From NCBI GenBank assembly GCA_951406725.2, contig OX597836.1, forward strand, positions 4,588,001 to 4,652,000: DNA of 64,000 nucleotides, given 5' to 3'. The stretch's first letter is position 1, and every line of letters begins with the position of its first letter. The notes beneath the pieces are model-generated. The model was given only the letters and a program-made list of their open reading frames with translations, was not told the DNA's origin and did no database searches. Below are positions 8,785 to 21,886 of this stretch, one piece after another. The DNA comes from Octopus vulgaris (lineage: Eukaryota). Made by a program: the position numbers and the translations under genes.

Positions 8785-11018
8785 ATCCTAAAATAATTAA
8801 TTTATCAAAAAGAGATCTTGACAATGATGAAATCCAACTTCTGTCAAAAGGACTGAAATTCACACCTACACCAACAGCCAACCACCAAGAATTAAAGGAG
8901 GATATCCAAAAATTCTGTCGAAAATTACGACTTGTAGAATTCTTCGCTAACAAAAGTAATGAGATTGATGAATCCCTAGTAAGGAATAAATCAAATTTCA
9001 CCCCACCAAAAGGAAGAAATAACTACCTTGACCAATACATTGATATCCTGTCTAAATTTCCCCTTAGACGCAATACCAATGTTAGGCCAAACATTAGCAA
9101 ATCAGAGATGTCTGCATGTAAACGTATACAAAACGATCAAACAATAATAATTAAACAAGCAGATAAAGGTGGTGCAATTGTTATTATGGATACCGAATAC
9201 TATAAGGATTTGGTTGAAGACCAACTGAAGGATACAACCTTCTATTGTGAAATACCCGCAAATATAGACCACCACATCATGAAAAAGATCAACAACCTGA
9301 TTTCAACACACCACAACTCACTTACGGATAATGAAAAAGACTACATCACCAATTTTGAACCAAAACCCAGCAACTTCTACGGCTTACCAAAAATACACAA
9401 ATCAAAAAACATTCAACAGGCAGTAAAAGAACAAGAAAGTGAGTACATAAAATTATTACATCCAAAAGACCTAAAACTTAGACCTATTATAGCTGGTCCA
9501 GCATGCCCTACACACCGTCTAAGCAATTTTATTGACATTGTTTTGAAACCACTATGTACTTACATACCAAGTTTCATCAGGGATGACATCGACTTCCTGT
9601 CCCATCTTCCCAAAACAACAGAAACAAATTCAGTTTTGCTAAGTTTTGATGTGGTAAGCCTCTACACCAATATTCCACACGATTTAGGAATAAAGGCGAT
9701 TAAATACTGGTTAGAAAAACATAGAGAAGTGATTCCCAGCAGATTCACAGTGCCATTTATATTAGACACAGTCAAACTTATTCTAGAAAATAACACATTC
9801 TTCTTCAATGGAAAGAATTACATCCAAATTAGAGGCACGGCGATGGGAACGAGGTTTGCTCCCGTTTACGCCAACTCTGTAATGGGATACTTAGAAGAAC
9901 AACTCTACCAAGAGGTGGAGGTAAACTATGGCACTGGATTTAGAAAGTATATTGAAAAGGCATGGAAGAGATACCTAGACGACTGTTTCATAATCTGGAC
10001 AGAATCTCTAAATACTCTGGAAGAGTTCAATATCCTCCTGAACAACCTACACCCATCTCTCAAATTTACAAAGGAGATGAGTAGTACCAAATTACCATTC
10101 CTGGATATAATGGTAATTAAAAAAGACACCACCATCACCACAGATATATACTATAAACACACAGACACACATCAATACCTAAATTTTAAGTCGTGCCATC
10201 CACCACATACAAAACGTAACATCCCATACTGCCTAGCCAGAAGAATTTGTACTATTGTAGAAGATGCAAATATCAGGAACAAACGCCTAATAGAACTAAG
10301 AGAATTTTTGCTCAAACAAAAATACCCATCTCTACTTATAGAAAATGGCATACAGCGGGCTATAAAAATACCTATACAACAACTTAGGACAACCCAAGGA
10401 AGAGGAAAACAAGAACAAGTCATACCATTCATAGTGACACACAACCCATGTCACCAGAATATCTTCAACATTGCCAAAGCAAACCTTCCAATCATTGCCC
10501 AAAGTAATGAATTAAAAGACATAATCAAGGATCGAGCTATGGTGCTTAGTAAAAGACAGCCTAAAAACTTGAAAACATTACTAACAAAGGCAAAATTTGA
10601 CCTCAGCAACAAAGACCAAACATTCACGGTATCTAAATGCAATGATAGCCGATGTGGCACATGCCAATTCATACATACCGGTCAATATATAAACACAAAA
10701 ACCGGAAAAATATTCACAAACGCGAATATGAACTGCAAAAGCAGAAATTTAATTTACTGCATCAAATGCCCAAATTGTGAAGAAATATATGTAGGTCAGA
10801 CGGGAAACGCACTATTAGAACGCTCACGTGTACACCGGCAACAGATTAGAGACCCAGAGGTCCGTCAGATACCTTTGAGTAACCACCTAGCAACATGTGG
10901 TCGGAAAATATATATAATATTTCCATTCTACAAATTACACAGCCCAAGTGAAATCGAGAGGAAAATCAGAGAAAAGAATTTTATTGATAAATTCGAACCC
11001 AAGCTAAATAAGCAATAA
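8691..11018 (+). CDS. PLE ORF2, copy 3: RT + GIY-YIG; frame open from 8691, first ATG only at 9108
   Basis: Same RT/EN motifs as copy 2. The ATG-less upstream extension encodes IINLSKRDLDNDEIQLLSKGLKFTPTP, the usual PLE N-terminal NLS...L.KGL.F.P motif. Confidence 0.95.
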   Translation, partial: PEKNPFFYVRTTNTGERKNPRGNIPQTTERIDPKIINLSKRDLDNDEIQLLSKGLKFTPTPTANHQELKEDIQKFCRKLRLVEFFANKSNEIDESLVRNKSNFTPPKGRNNYLDQYIDILSKFPLRRNTNVRPNISKSEMSACKRIQNDQTIIIKQADKGGAIVIMDTEYYKDLVEDQLKDTTFYCEIPANIDHHIMKKINNLISTHHNSLTDNEKDYITNFEPKPSNFYGLPKIHKSKNIQQAVKEQESEYIKLLHPKDLKLRPIIAGPACPTHRLSNFIDIVLKPLCTYIPSFIRDDIDFLSHLPKTTETNSVLLSFDVVSLYTNIPHDLGIKAIKYWLEKHREVIPSRFTVPFILDTVKLILENNTFFFNGKNYIQIRGTAMGTRFAPVYANSVMGYLEEQLYQEVEVNYGTGFRKYIEKAWKRYLDDCFIIWTESLNTLEEFNILLNNLHPSLKFTKEMSSTKLPFLDIMVIKKDTTITTDIYYKHTDTHQYLNFKSCHPPHTKRNIPYCLARRICTIVEDANIRNKRLIELREFLLKQKYPSLLIENGIQRAIKIPIQQLRTTQGRGKQEQVIPFIVTHNPCHQNIFNIAKANLPIIAQSNELKDIIKDRAMVLSKRQPKNLKTLLTKAKFDLSNKDQTFTVSKCNDSRCGTCQFIHTGQYINTKTGKIFTNANMNCKSRNLIYCIKCPNCEEIYVGQTGNALLERSRVHRQQIRDPEVRQIPLSNHLATCGRKIYIIFPFYKLHSPSEIERKIREKNFIDKFEPKLNKQ
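8706..8712 (+). promoter_or_regulatory. Putative -1 ribosomal frameshift heptamer U_UUU_UUU (also 164-170 and 4435-4441)
   Basis: In ORF1 frame CAT TTT TTT; lies 15 nt into the ORF1/ORF2 overlap; ORF2 is in the -1 frame. Confidence 0.65.
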
Positions 11019-11512
11019 TAATAATACTTAGAGGTATTACTTCCACTGCTACGACCATGACCACTAACAACAACAACAATACTAAAGGTGATCAAGACGA
11101 AGATAGCAGGAAAATTATCTTATTTAGGGTTAAAAGTTCTATTGCCACCACCATCACCACTAGCAACAATAATTAAGGTGCTGACAATGATGATGATGAC
11201 AATTGAAATATAAAAATATAAAAATCTCTGACAAAGGATATTTACAACATTTCTAAAAATAACCCAACAATTGCTGCTTCGGCCAGGGTCAAGATACAGG
11301 ACTCTTGACCTGTCCAACAAAGCATGATGCCTAAACCAATCAGCTCAACCAACCAATCAGCTTAAGTAATTGAGTGATACTACACACTGATTGGTCAGAA
11401 TACAGTTTGCAAAACCTAGCACTCTGGAGCCTACCCAGCTGTATTTATAGCACAGAATCACTCATCTTGCTACAGTCAAAAATTGCGAAGCATGACTGTC
11501 AACACTACTACA

Positions 11513-11557
11513 TGAACCCGAAGATTGCAGAATTCAATGCATGAAAGTACTAGTTCA
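11513..11557 (+). ncRNA. Minimal type I hammerhead ribozyme, PLE copy 3
   Basis: Identical to 2969-3013. Confidence 0.8.
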
Positions 11558-11686
11558 ATCAGAATGAATATTTAACATTCTACTATTTCATTTTATTTTA
11601 TTCAATTATAATATATTATCTTATAATATATCATTATAAGATTGTAAATAAAACGTGAAAATCAGACAAGGTTGGAATTCTTTTTA

Positions 11687-12002
<316 letters not shown>

Positions 12003-12556
12003 GATTGTTGTATAGAAATTGCAAAACTACGCCGAAGCACGTAGTTTCCAAAATTCCTGCTCGTAAATACTGATGAATCCATTATTGACAATTTTGGTCA
12101 AGCCAATATTATAGAGCTATAGAGGTAAACGATAAGAGACTGGCATAATTTCGCTTAACGAAGCCATGGATTTCCAAATATTCTTACTGATCTCAAAGGT
12201 TCACATGATGTCCATTTTACTGGGTATATTCAAACAGCTCTTCAATATACAGGAAAATAAATAATAAAAAAAAAAGCTCACGTATTTTTCGGCAATACCA
12301 TAACACTAACCACAATCGTAAATTACACTATTCATTGCACCATCATGTTGCATAAAAGGTAAAATATGAGAGAATGAGAAAATGGCTGGAATTACTCTTA
12401 ACGAATACAGAATGCTCGGATAACAAACCTCTCACCTGACCTCGTATTTCCATTCTCCTTGATTTCTTTCACTCTCTACATTAATACTACTGTATCAAAC
12501 ATCTTCGCACCTTGGCGCTTCTCATAAGTCGATATATCTTTTTATATAAGTTTGCT

Positions 12557-12589
<33 letters not shown>

Positions 12590-15309
12590 ATCTATCTATC
12601 AATCTACCTGTGTTTGTTTGGGTGGGAATAATGATGTTTCATTTAAAACGGGAATATTTTTCTGTTCGCCCCAATTCACTTTTAAAATATATCATGCGTT
12701 GCTATGTACGTATGCGATAAGGAATTACATCCACTCCCGTTGTTGAGTCCAGTGCTGGAATTGTATTATATTTCACGACTCCAAAATGGAAAAAAAACCC
12801 CAGAAAAGCTGCCATCGCTGAAATTCGAACATAGAAAGTTATTCCTTGCAAAGGCTATAACGATGCTCCCAATTTGCCCACTTCTCGGCATTTTAACGTC
12901 ATAATCAGCAAGATCATGACGTAATAATATTTGAAAAATATTTTCACTTTTCCCCTCTCTCAATTGTCTGATGCTACAAATCAACTTCTTACGGATAATA
13001 GATGAGTCATTGCTTGCTTACACTCAATTAGTTCATATGTTTATCTTGTGGTTGTAATTTTTACTTGAATAATGCCAAGGAGAATCAGAAAATTCTGCAA
13101 CCGCATACGCCGCTTCTTCTATGGCAGGAGTCGCCCCCATACACCTATTGAAATCGTGAATAACAGTCCAACTGTAGTGAACGTTAGCAGTAAAAATACC
13201 TTCCAGCGTCCTAACGGAGATAATTTTCAATATCAAGTAAAAAGTGACAAAGGCAATACTTTTGTGCAAAGCATTCATTGGGGTAACGAACACAAGTAAG
13301 GGGTAAGTTTCTTCGAGTATATATAATTTGGATTAGAATGACGAAAGCACAAAGAATATTGTTTAAAAGATTTCGGAGAATAATTGAGGCATTTAGTAAC
13401 AGACCATCGTAAGCCCCACAACTTAAAAACCGAGAAAAATGCAGTCAAAAGTTTGCGATTTGGTGAATGCCATATCTCAGCAAGGAATGAAGTTAGGTAG
13501 CTGAATTTGGTCTTAAAATGACCGTGAAGACCTCCTCTAATCATTGCTTTTAAGGAGAGGTATTTACGGTACTACTAAATGGTGTATCACATTGCTTATT
13601 TTGTACAGAATACCTAGAAACAACACACATTTTCCCCCGCTCAAAGGTATTATTTGTTTTACTATACCAAGTTAAATATGTTTCAGAGGTAAGTATGTCC
13701 CGTTATCGTTATGATGTTAACGAGGAATATAAGAAAATGAGCCAGAATACCTCGGAAAACGATACAGAGACCACACCATAATTATTGATGGAGCGTGTGT
13801 GCTTACGATGGTGCGTTACTAAGGTCTTTGGTTCGAGTTTGGATGAGTGAGGATCGAGCAATAGCGTCGAGGTACACTTCTTTTCAGCCGGATTTTCGAC
13901 TTTATTGCAAGCCTCACTGGTTCTTCCTCCCACCTTTTTCGGATTCTAGATGTCGAGACAAAGAATGCGATATACTAACCTCCCTCGAAGATGGCGCTTA
14001 CGACACCTCAATTACAGCAATAGTCATATGAATAATATTCTATAACAATTTTTCTCCGTTATTTCCACTTTACTTCTACCAATGTTTGCTATTCCCTTCA
14101 AAACTTTGCTTTTGTGATCTGGACACCAATGTTTTGAAACTGATCTGTTTTCCATTACATTTCAGACAGATTCATCGCTAAGTTGCTGAAGCAGAAATAT
14201 CGTTATACCAAATATTCTGCTCAATTTACTTGTCAATTTCTTGACGATAACCCCTTGAGCATGTTCCCTTAGGGGATGACAATATGTGCATCTCTGGTCA
14301 TGTGTAGGAGTGGTGGGTGTAGGTAACATAGCTATGTGGTGAAAGGGATTCTTTGAGGTTTGAGTGAATGTAACAAAAGCGAAGTTTGAAGGAAATATTA
14401 ACCGTTTTTCATACCCTCTAAGGGTAAGCAAATATTAACAGTTGGAACACAAGGACAAAAATCGTGTTACACAGTGTAATATATCGAATAAAATGACAAA
14501 ACTAAAAGAAGCTTTCATTGTTATATAAATGGCTAATAGTGATAAAAGAGAGAAGCAATAAAAATCATATCAAAATGGCATGAAAGGGTAACAGTTAAAG
14601 CAACACTGGCGCAAAATAGCAATTTAGTATAAATTTATATTCTATTGATTATTTAGATTCCTAGAACATAAATATCAGAATTTCAGTTCACACGTAAAAA
14701 ATATTTCTTGGCTAAAGATAAAAATGTGTTCTTTTCCAGTTCTGAGATTTGATGAGAAATATGGCTACAGACACATGGAGACGGAAGTCTGTAAATGATG
14801 AGAGTGTGAGCAAACTGAGAAATTTGTAAAATTGCTGCATTTCTGTCTTGAATAATGAATTAATGTTCATGGAGGTAAAGTGCAATGTTTATATTAATTG
14901 CATCACAACAAACACACTCCGATAAACACTGCCCATTAATATATTCACAACTCGCACGCACACACATACAAACACATGCACTTATATAAACACATACATA
15001 TGCATATTCATACAAGACCAACAACATTACCAAGCCGTTTTAGTACATTAGACATTGTGACCTTTAATCGAGAAAATTAGGAGAAATATGAAGTAATCAG
15101 TGAATCAAGTTTCATTCCATCTTTTACTATGATGGATTTGCTAGTAACTCTAATGCAGATTTGTAAGAATATTTCGGAATAAGGACATCGATTTTGTGGG
15201 AACTGACTGCTACAAAGTAGAAAACAAGGAAATAGGGAAATGGAAGCAATCAGTTCCGGGAATCTTTGTTTTTGCGCCATTTTCTCCTTCCAAGTTTTAA
15301 ACGTTTCAA

Positions 15310-15535
15310 ACTAAGAATCTAAGAATCTTGGGGTCAGTAGCCCGCGCTCTAAACCACTACGCCATATGCCCGTATAATAATAACAACAACATTGAAAAAT
15401 ACCTTAGGAATGAGAACCCAGGTTCGAAATTTCCTCAATACACCCCTTGAAGGCTGGAGAGTATATCAGCAGAAAAGTTGTGTTAACAACAAACAAGATG
15501 AGGACAAATATCCGTCGAATGTAAATAATGATAAT
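15310..15535. mobile_element. tRNA-head / hammerhead composite element with inverted 5' part
   Basis: 15322-15372 is a tRNA-like head on the minus strand; 15375-15535 is a plus-strand tail with a decayed HHR (ACACCCCTTGAAGGCTGG...CAGCAGAAAAGTTGTGT). Both parts are homologous to 30290-30622. Confidence 0.7.
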
Positions 15536-15729
15536 CAATGATATTCCGTTTTTGAAACACAAGAAGAATCTTGAATGCTCTCACTTCCCACGAAATTACA
15601 ACAAAGTAACCATTGTTAATGCGTAACTCCTCTTGACTATATAACAAGATATCTTTCTATGATGCAAGGAATATATCCCTTAAATAGAAACGTACTTTAT
15701 TCCCACACAGTACTTTTATGAGTTTACTC

Positions 15730-16143
15730 TTTTTTACTCTTTTACTTGTTTCAATCATTTGACTGCGGCCATGCTGGAGCACCTCCTTTAGTCGAGGAAA
15801 TCGACCCCAGGACTTATTCTTTGTAAGCCTAGTACTTATTCTATCGGTCTCTTTTGCCGAAGAAGCCAAGTTACGGGACGTAAACATACCAACATCGGTT
15901 GTCAAGCGATGTTGGGGCGACAAACACAGACACACAAACATATACACAAGCATACATATATATACATATACATATATACGACGGGCTTCTTTCAGTTTCC
16001 GTCTACCAAATCCACTGACAAGGCTTTGGTCGGCCCGAGGCTATAGCAGAAGACACTTGCCAAAGGTGCCACGCAGTGGGACTGAACCCGGAACCAAGTG
16101 GTTCGTAAGCAAGATACTTGCCACACAGCCACTCCTACGCCTA
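15730..16143 (-). mobile_element. tRNA-derived SINE, family A (internal microsatellite, GAGTAAAA-type tail)
   Basis: Minus strand begins AGGCGTAGGAGTGGCTGTGTGG...GGTTCCGGGTTCAGTCCC (A/B boxes); related copies at ~27045-27410, ~37130-37590, ~60045-60190, ~60670-60815 and ~61770-62160. Confidence 0.85.
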
Positions 16144-16939
16144 TATATAAAATTGCTGAAATTAATTGTTAGCTAAACTTGAAATCTTTCTTTTTTTGTT
16201 GTTGTTTTAGTCATTGAAAATATTCCTTAAATTGAAAGTGGTTGAAGTTCTACAAATTGAACCTGGAGCCCAGAAAAATAATAACAAGAGTGTGAACAAA
16301 GCTGATAATATTGCAACATTCCTGCCTTTGCCGCTCCTTGTATTTATTCATTCAACATGGAGGAGGTGACGGTATAATTTGTTGTACATTATTCATATGA
16401 CAATCCCTTCTACGACCAAACTCGCCTACAATTCTATTAAACAAAATTAAACGTAATTGGCAAAAATGAAAAATAAACAATATAACAAAACTAAAACATT
16501 TATCTATAGATATAAATTTGACAGGGGTGATTCTTTCTTGTCTTGGGATTCACGGTCAAACGGCTGGGTGGAATTGTGTGCAAAATTGCACAGATGGGTG
16601 GAATGATCCGGCGGTGATGCTGGGCTTTGTATTTTGTTCATAGCTCCCATGGTTACCGAGATGATCTACTATGATAATACTCTTGCGTTTATGAACGAGA
16701 AAGGAAGGGGTGATAGACGAATAAGGAAGGAAGGGGTGATGTGATACTTGGTAGTGGGATGATGAAAATTGTACGCTGAATTGATAAATCAACGCTTCAA
16801 CTCTGTTTGAATATATGTGTCTGTGTATGTAAAACGAGTGTATGTGAATGTGCGTATGCGTGTGCGTATGTATGTGTGTGTGTATTTGTGTGTATGTGTG
16901 TGTGCGTGCGCGCTACACCGAGCAGGTTTTACAGCCACA

Positions 16940-16981
16940 TCATCCGAACCGACCGGGTGAAACCGGGCTTAGCAGTTAGTA
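16940..16981 (+). mobile_element. Possible Helitron-like 3' terminus
   Basis: CCGG-GTGAAA-CCGG hairpin followed about 10 nt later by AGTTAGT, which resembles CTAG|T. Confidence 0.35.
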
Positions 16982-17662
16982 GAAATATAAGTTCGAAAAT
17001 ATGTTGATTAGGGAATGAATATTACAATTTAAATGTTCTTTGGAATTACGATTCTGTTTTTGGATTTTCTCATCTATATTTTATTTCTCACTTTGTTTCT
17101 AGTTTCAAATTTCGCTAATAAATCAGAGTTTATATAATTATTAAAACAAATTAAGAAATACAGGCTGGGCTCATTATATTCTTCGGATTTTCATTTCCAC
17201 GGCAATCGGTGATGATTGCCATTACACAAGTATGCCCAATGGTCTTAATCATGAACAAAAGCTGAAATACAAAAGAAGGAATGTGAGAACCAATTAAAAT
17301 GACGCACGACGCACAACATAATAGCAATTTGAATTATAAATAATATTTAATTGAAAGGGTAACAGCTGAGTAAAATAAATAGCATTAAATAAATGCTATC
17401 AGAAAACACTTATATCTATGACAAAAACAGTATGTGCATTTGTTATATATAAAAGACAGAAATTTAATCATATCTATTTCTGGTTGTATACAACAAGGTG
17501 GCGATATTTAATAAATAAGTATAATTAAATATAACTACGAGTAAATTTATAACATTTAAATTCAAACAAAGATGGTGTAATTCTGTAATGAATAACTCTT
17601 GATACTATAATATTCAGGTATGAGTGATTATATAATGGATTGCCAAGATGAATTCAACAAGG

Positions 17663-17703
<41 letters not shown>

Positions 17704-17778
17704 AACTCGAAAGTTACTTACCAAATTCTATCTGCATTAATGAAAACCAGTCATGGATTACTGAAACGAACTTCCCAG

Positions 17779-17841
<63 letters not shown>

Positions 17842-18268
17842 AGCTTTAAATTTTATTACCAAAGTCGACCTGCATAAATCTAAATCAGTAAATTGTAATC
17901 TATTTTCAAAAATACTTTCTCATATATTTTTCCAATTTAAAAAAAAAAACATTCGACATAGTATAAAACATTCTTATCTTCTCTATCTCTAACGAGCGGA
18001 AGTATTGCCTGTCAATATGTATCAACAATGGATTCCATTATAATAAGAATACTTTCGTGAAACGATCGTAAGCTGCTTTAATTAGCAAATTTTTAAACTG
18101 TCATATTTCATATACTTACATATTTTTTTAATATAAAACTATTTCAGATATATATATCTTCGTGAGGATTTTTTTTTATATTGAATTTCATGCTATTATT
18201 TCAAAATATAGTATATAAATACGTGTGTGTGTGTGTGTGCGTGCGTGTGTGTGTATATATATAAATTC

Positions 18269-18330
<62 letters not shown>

Positions 18331-18389
18331 GTACACACACGCACACATACATATCGGCTTCAGCTCAAAAATATGGCCATGCTGGGGTG

Positions 18390-18530
18390 TTTGATGTCAC
18401 TGCCCTCATTTGCGCCTCCTGGCACGAATTAGGTTCAGCTGGGACACTGAATAGGAAGAGATCCAGTTTTGTTTTGAATAAACACTCTGCAGCAGCGATT
18501 ATGCAGAACTGCCAGCATCCCTGACAAAGA
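18390..18530 (-). mobile_element. 3' fragment of a CR1/L2-group LINE ORF2
   Basis: Minus strand reads FKTKLDLFLFSVPAEPNSCQEAQMRAVTSNT, matching the FK..LD.FL..VPDEP...RA..SN type C-terminus. Confidence 0.55.
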
Positions 18531-19019
18531 AAAAAGACTCCTTTCTTAATTAGCTAGCATCAGATAAATATAAAATGGCGACCTATCATATACAATAATC
18601 GTTCCTAACATATTATTGCATAATATTTTAAGCAACGATCTCTTCCTGACTGCTAAGGAATATCTTTGAGCTTTTTAAAACAGCTCACATCCCCTGGTGT
18701 AAACGATGAGATGGTTGAAGAGCCAGGACTGGGCTACCAACATCACGACGACAATTTATGGAACCAGCTTCCATCAGCATCGACCGAAGCTATAACTAAC
18801 ATGTGATAGGAAAAACTTATAATCTCGATGGTATCCACCTCATTCTTCAATTAACACCAACACATCGGAACAGAGATCATAATCCAATTAACAAGTAATA
18901 CTTGAGTTAATTAATAACGACTACTTTCTCACTTAAATATGCAGAAATATGCAGTAGAGATAGCAACAACCTGTTGACACCATATATTAACACGATCTAG
19001 ATCTCAGCAAGCTGTAACA

Positions 19020-19550
19020 ACCGGTCTAGGATCATAAATATACTGTACAAAGCATACCCTTCATTTTGTGGCCTTAAAAACGCCGTAGTTACAGTAACAT
19101 CGGTCACGTGATCATAATTAAATTGCAGAGTTTATAACATACACCAAGTGACCGAAACTACATTCTTTACACTGTAATACCCACCTTACGACCATAGTTG
19201 CATTCTAAAGACATTAACATCTTTCGTGATCAAAACTACTTTGTGAATTACAGCATATTTCATGATCACAGCTACATTGTAGGGACTATAACATATATTA
19301 CGTGAGCATAATTACATTCTTAAGACAACAACATCTATTTCTTGATAATTGCCACAATCTAGAATGTACAACAGCTGTTTCATAGCTACATTGTGGACAC
19401 TACGATACGCATCTTCCGATCATACGTACATTGAAAGGTCTGTAACATCTATTTCACAATCCTGACGACGCTGTAAAGAGTATATCGTCATTTCGGGATC
19501 CTTACTGCATTGTAGAGTGTATAACATCATGTGATCATACCTATATTGTG
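19020..19550. repeat. Degenerate tandem array of about 41-bp units
   Basis: Recurrent ACATCTATTTCGTGATCATAGCTACATTGTAG..ACTATA-like unit, roughly 12-13 diverged copies. Confidence 0.7.
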
Positions 19551-19644
19551 CAAATTCGAATATCCATTAACAGTGGCCACTTTTACATTTTGGACAATAC
19601 GCATAATATATACACACGCATCCATACATACACATATCACAACT

Positions 19645-19946
19645 AGTGGAGGCACATGGCCTAGAGGTTAGAGTAACGGACTCGCGGTCGAGGGATCGCG
19701 GGTTCAAATCTCAAGCCGGGCGATGTGTATGTTTATAAGCGAAACACCTAAGCTCCACGCGGCTCCGGCAGAAGGTAATGGCGAACTTCTGCTGACTCTT
19801 TCGCTACAACATTCTCTCACTCTTTTCTCCTGCATCTTGCAGCTCACCTGCGACGGACCCGCGTCCCGTCCAGGTGAGGGAACCTATACGCCAAGGAAAC
19901 CGGGAAACCGGCCCTTATGAGCCAGTCATGGCTCGAGAAGGAACAA
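19645..19946 (+). mobile_element. tRNA-derived SINE, family B1
   Basis: GGAGGCACATGGCCTAGAGGTTAGAG...GGGTTCAAATCTC head; body shared with 38932-39312 but a different 3' tail. Confidence 0.85.
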
Positions 19947-20517
19947 TATCACAACTACCTCGTATACATTGGAATGGTCATCTCAAGCAATTCATGTACA
20001 TAGGTGTATATACGTTGGAGAGTTGGAGAGTTGCTTTCACAATATTGTTACTTGTTTCTATAGTTATTTCTGCAACAAAATTACATTTTTCGACATTGTT
20101 CTTTGTTGTCGGTCTGAATGAATTTTCTTTTTATTTCTAATTTTGCGAATATATATTATTTTTGTGAATTTTTGCCTCTTTTTTCTTGTATAGAATGTAG
20201 CTGATAGATGGCATCAACTTAATTTCCTATGTTTTGACTCTTGTTCATGTATGAACAGACGGCAGCCGTCTTCACTTCCTTGTGGATAACATAACACTCT
20301 CATATGGCGTTTCTTACATTTTCACATTCATTTACACACTCGCCTAAAAAAACTGCGTATGTTTTTGTAGTTGACGGATATCGATATGAGGAAGAAAGTT
20401 AAAACATCTCATAGGCATCTATGAATACAGCTTCATAATTTCTCAGCACTGCTTGGAGGTACATCAATTGGCAACCACCACCATTTATATACGCACACAT
20501 ATCTACGTATCTCTCTA

Positions 20518-20555
<38 letters not shown>

Positions 20556-20709
20556 GTATGTATGTATGTATGTATGTATGTATGTATAGATAGATAGATC
20601 GATAGAAAGAAAGAAAGACAGACAGATAGATAGATTTAACTTACTGAGAAGAGGATGCGTGTATGCATACGTATAGGTACATACATGCATCTATACGTAT
20701 ATAAATATA

Positions 20710-20753
<44 letters not shown>

Positions 20754-21129
20754 TATGTTGGCACAGACTTCATGAAATGTGTATAACAAAAAAGTACGAA
20801 GCACGAGTACATGGAACATAAACTATTCTTTCAAACAACCAAAGACACAAATGGAAAACAAAACAAACAACATAAATTTAAGTATTTGTGTGAGTGTGTG
20901 AATGTATATACGTGTACGTGGATGTGTTTATGCATTTTATACCACAACAATCCATATATATATGTGTGTGTGTGCGCGTGTGTGTGTGTATATATGCGTA
21001 TTAATACACATGGATGCGTATATAAGTATACATGTGCATATTCACTTATACAATACATTTAAATTTATATATTCTAGATTGTAAGTAAATATATACATAT
21101 ACATATACACGTACATTTACATATACACT

Positions 21130-21187
<58 letters not shown>

Positions 21188-21834
21188 AATATGTATAGAT
21201 ATATATATATATATATATATATACATAAATACGCATATATAATACATACACACATATCTATATATAATACTTAAATAACATCGATACCGCAAATATTTGA
21301 CATAATGTGTGGTTGTTTCCTGGAGGATGTGAACGCTTATATGTACGTACGCGTTTGTGTGTGTAGATAATTATATAGATATCGGTTCATATATATATAT
21401 ATATATATATACATACATAACCATACAACCCTTCAGTGATTATACCTTCATAATCATTAATGCTAACCTGTAATCAAACAGAAGAATACAATCTGTTCGC
21501 TCCTGAAAGTTATTGAATGTACAAATTCTAAATCTTAATGATACATTGTAATCGAAAGATCTCGACAGACCATCTTCAAACAATATGCATGGACCAATAC
21601 AAATTATTGCTCGCTATAAATCAGGCGCATCATCAAAGGATTAAAAAGTTCACTCTGGGCGAATTAATGCAATGTGTTCGGCCAATCGACACTTTCAGTT
21701 TTTTTCTTCTTTCTTTGTATTGGAGCTTCGTTGCTTCCTGTGCCAAAGAAACCACACCTACTGCTGGAATATGTAGTATACACTTTACATGGTAACAGAA
21801 ATATATATGTGTGTGTATATATAAATATATGTGC

Positions 21835-21886
<52 letters not shown>

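Noticed and set aside
9108-11330. Selenoprotein-type PLE (in-frame UGA plus SECIS)
   Set aside because: ORF2 has no in-frame TGA and ends in TAA; the 3' UTR hairpin lacks the AUGA/GA quartet.
12066-12110. Hammerhead at CTGATGA (also ~45969 and ~48473)
   Set aside because: No properly placed GAAA or complementary stems.
19020-19550. CRISPR-like array
   Set aside because: Eukaryotic context; units are diverged along their whole length with no invariant repeat and unique spacer pattern; no cas genes.
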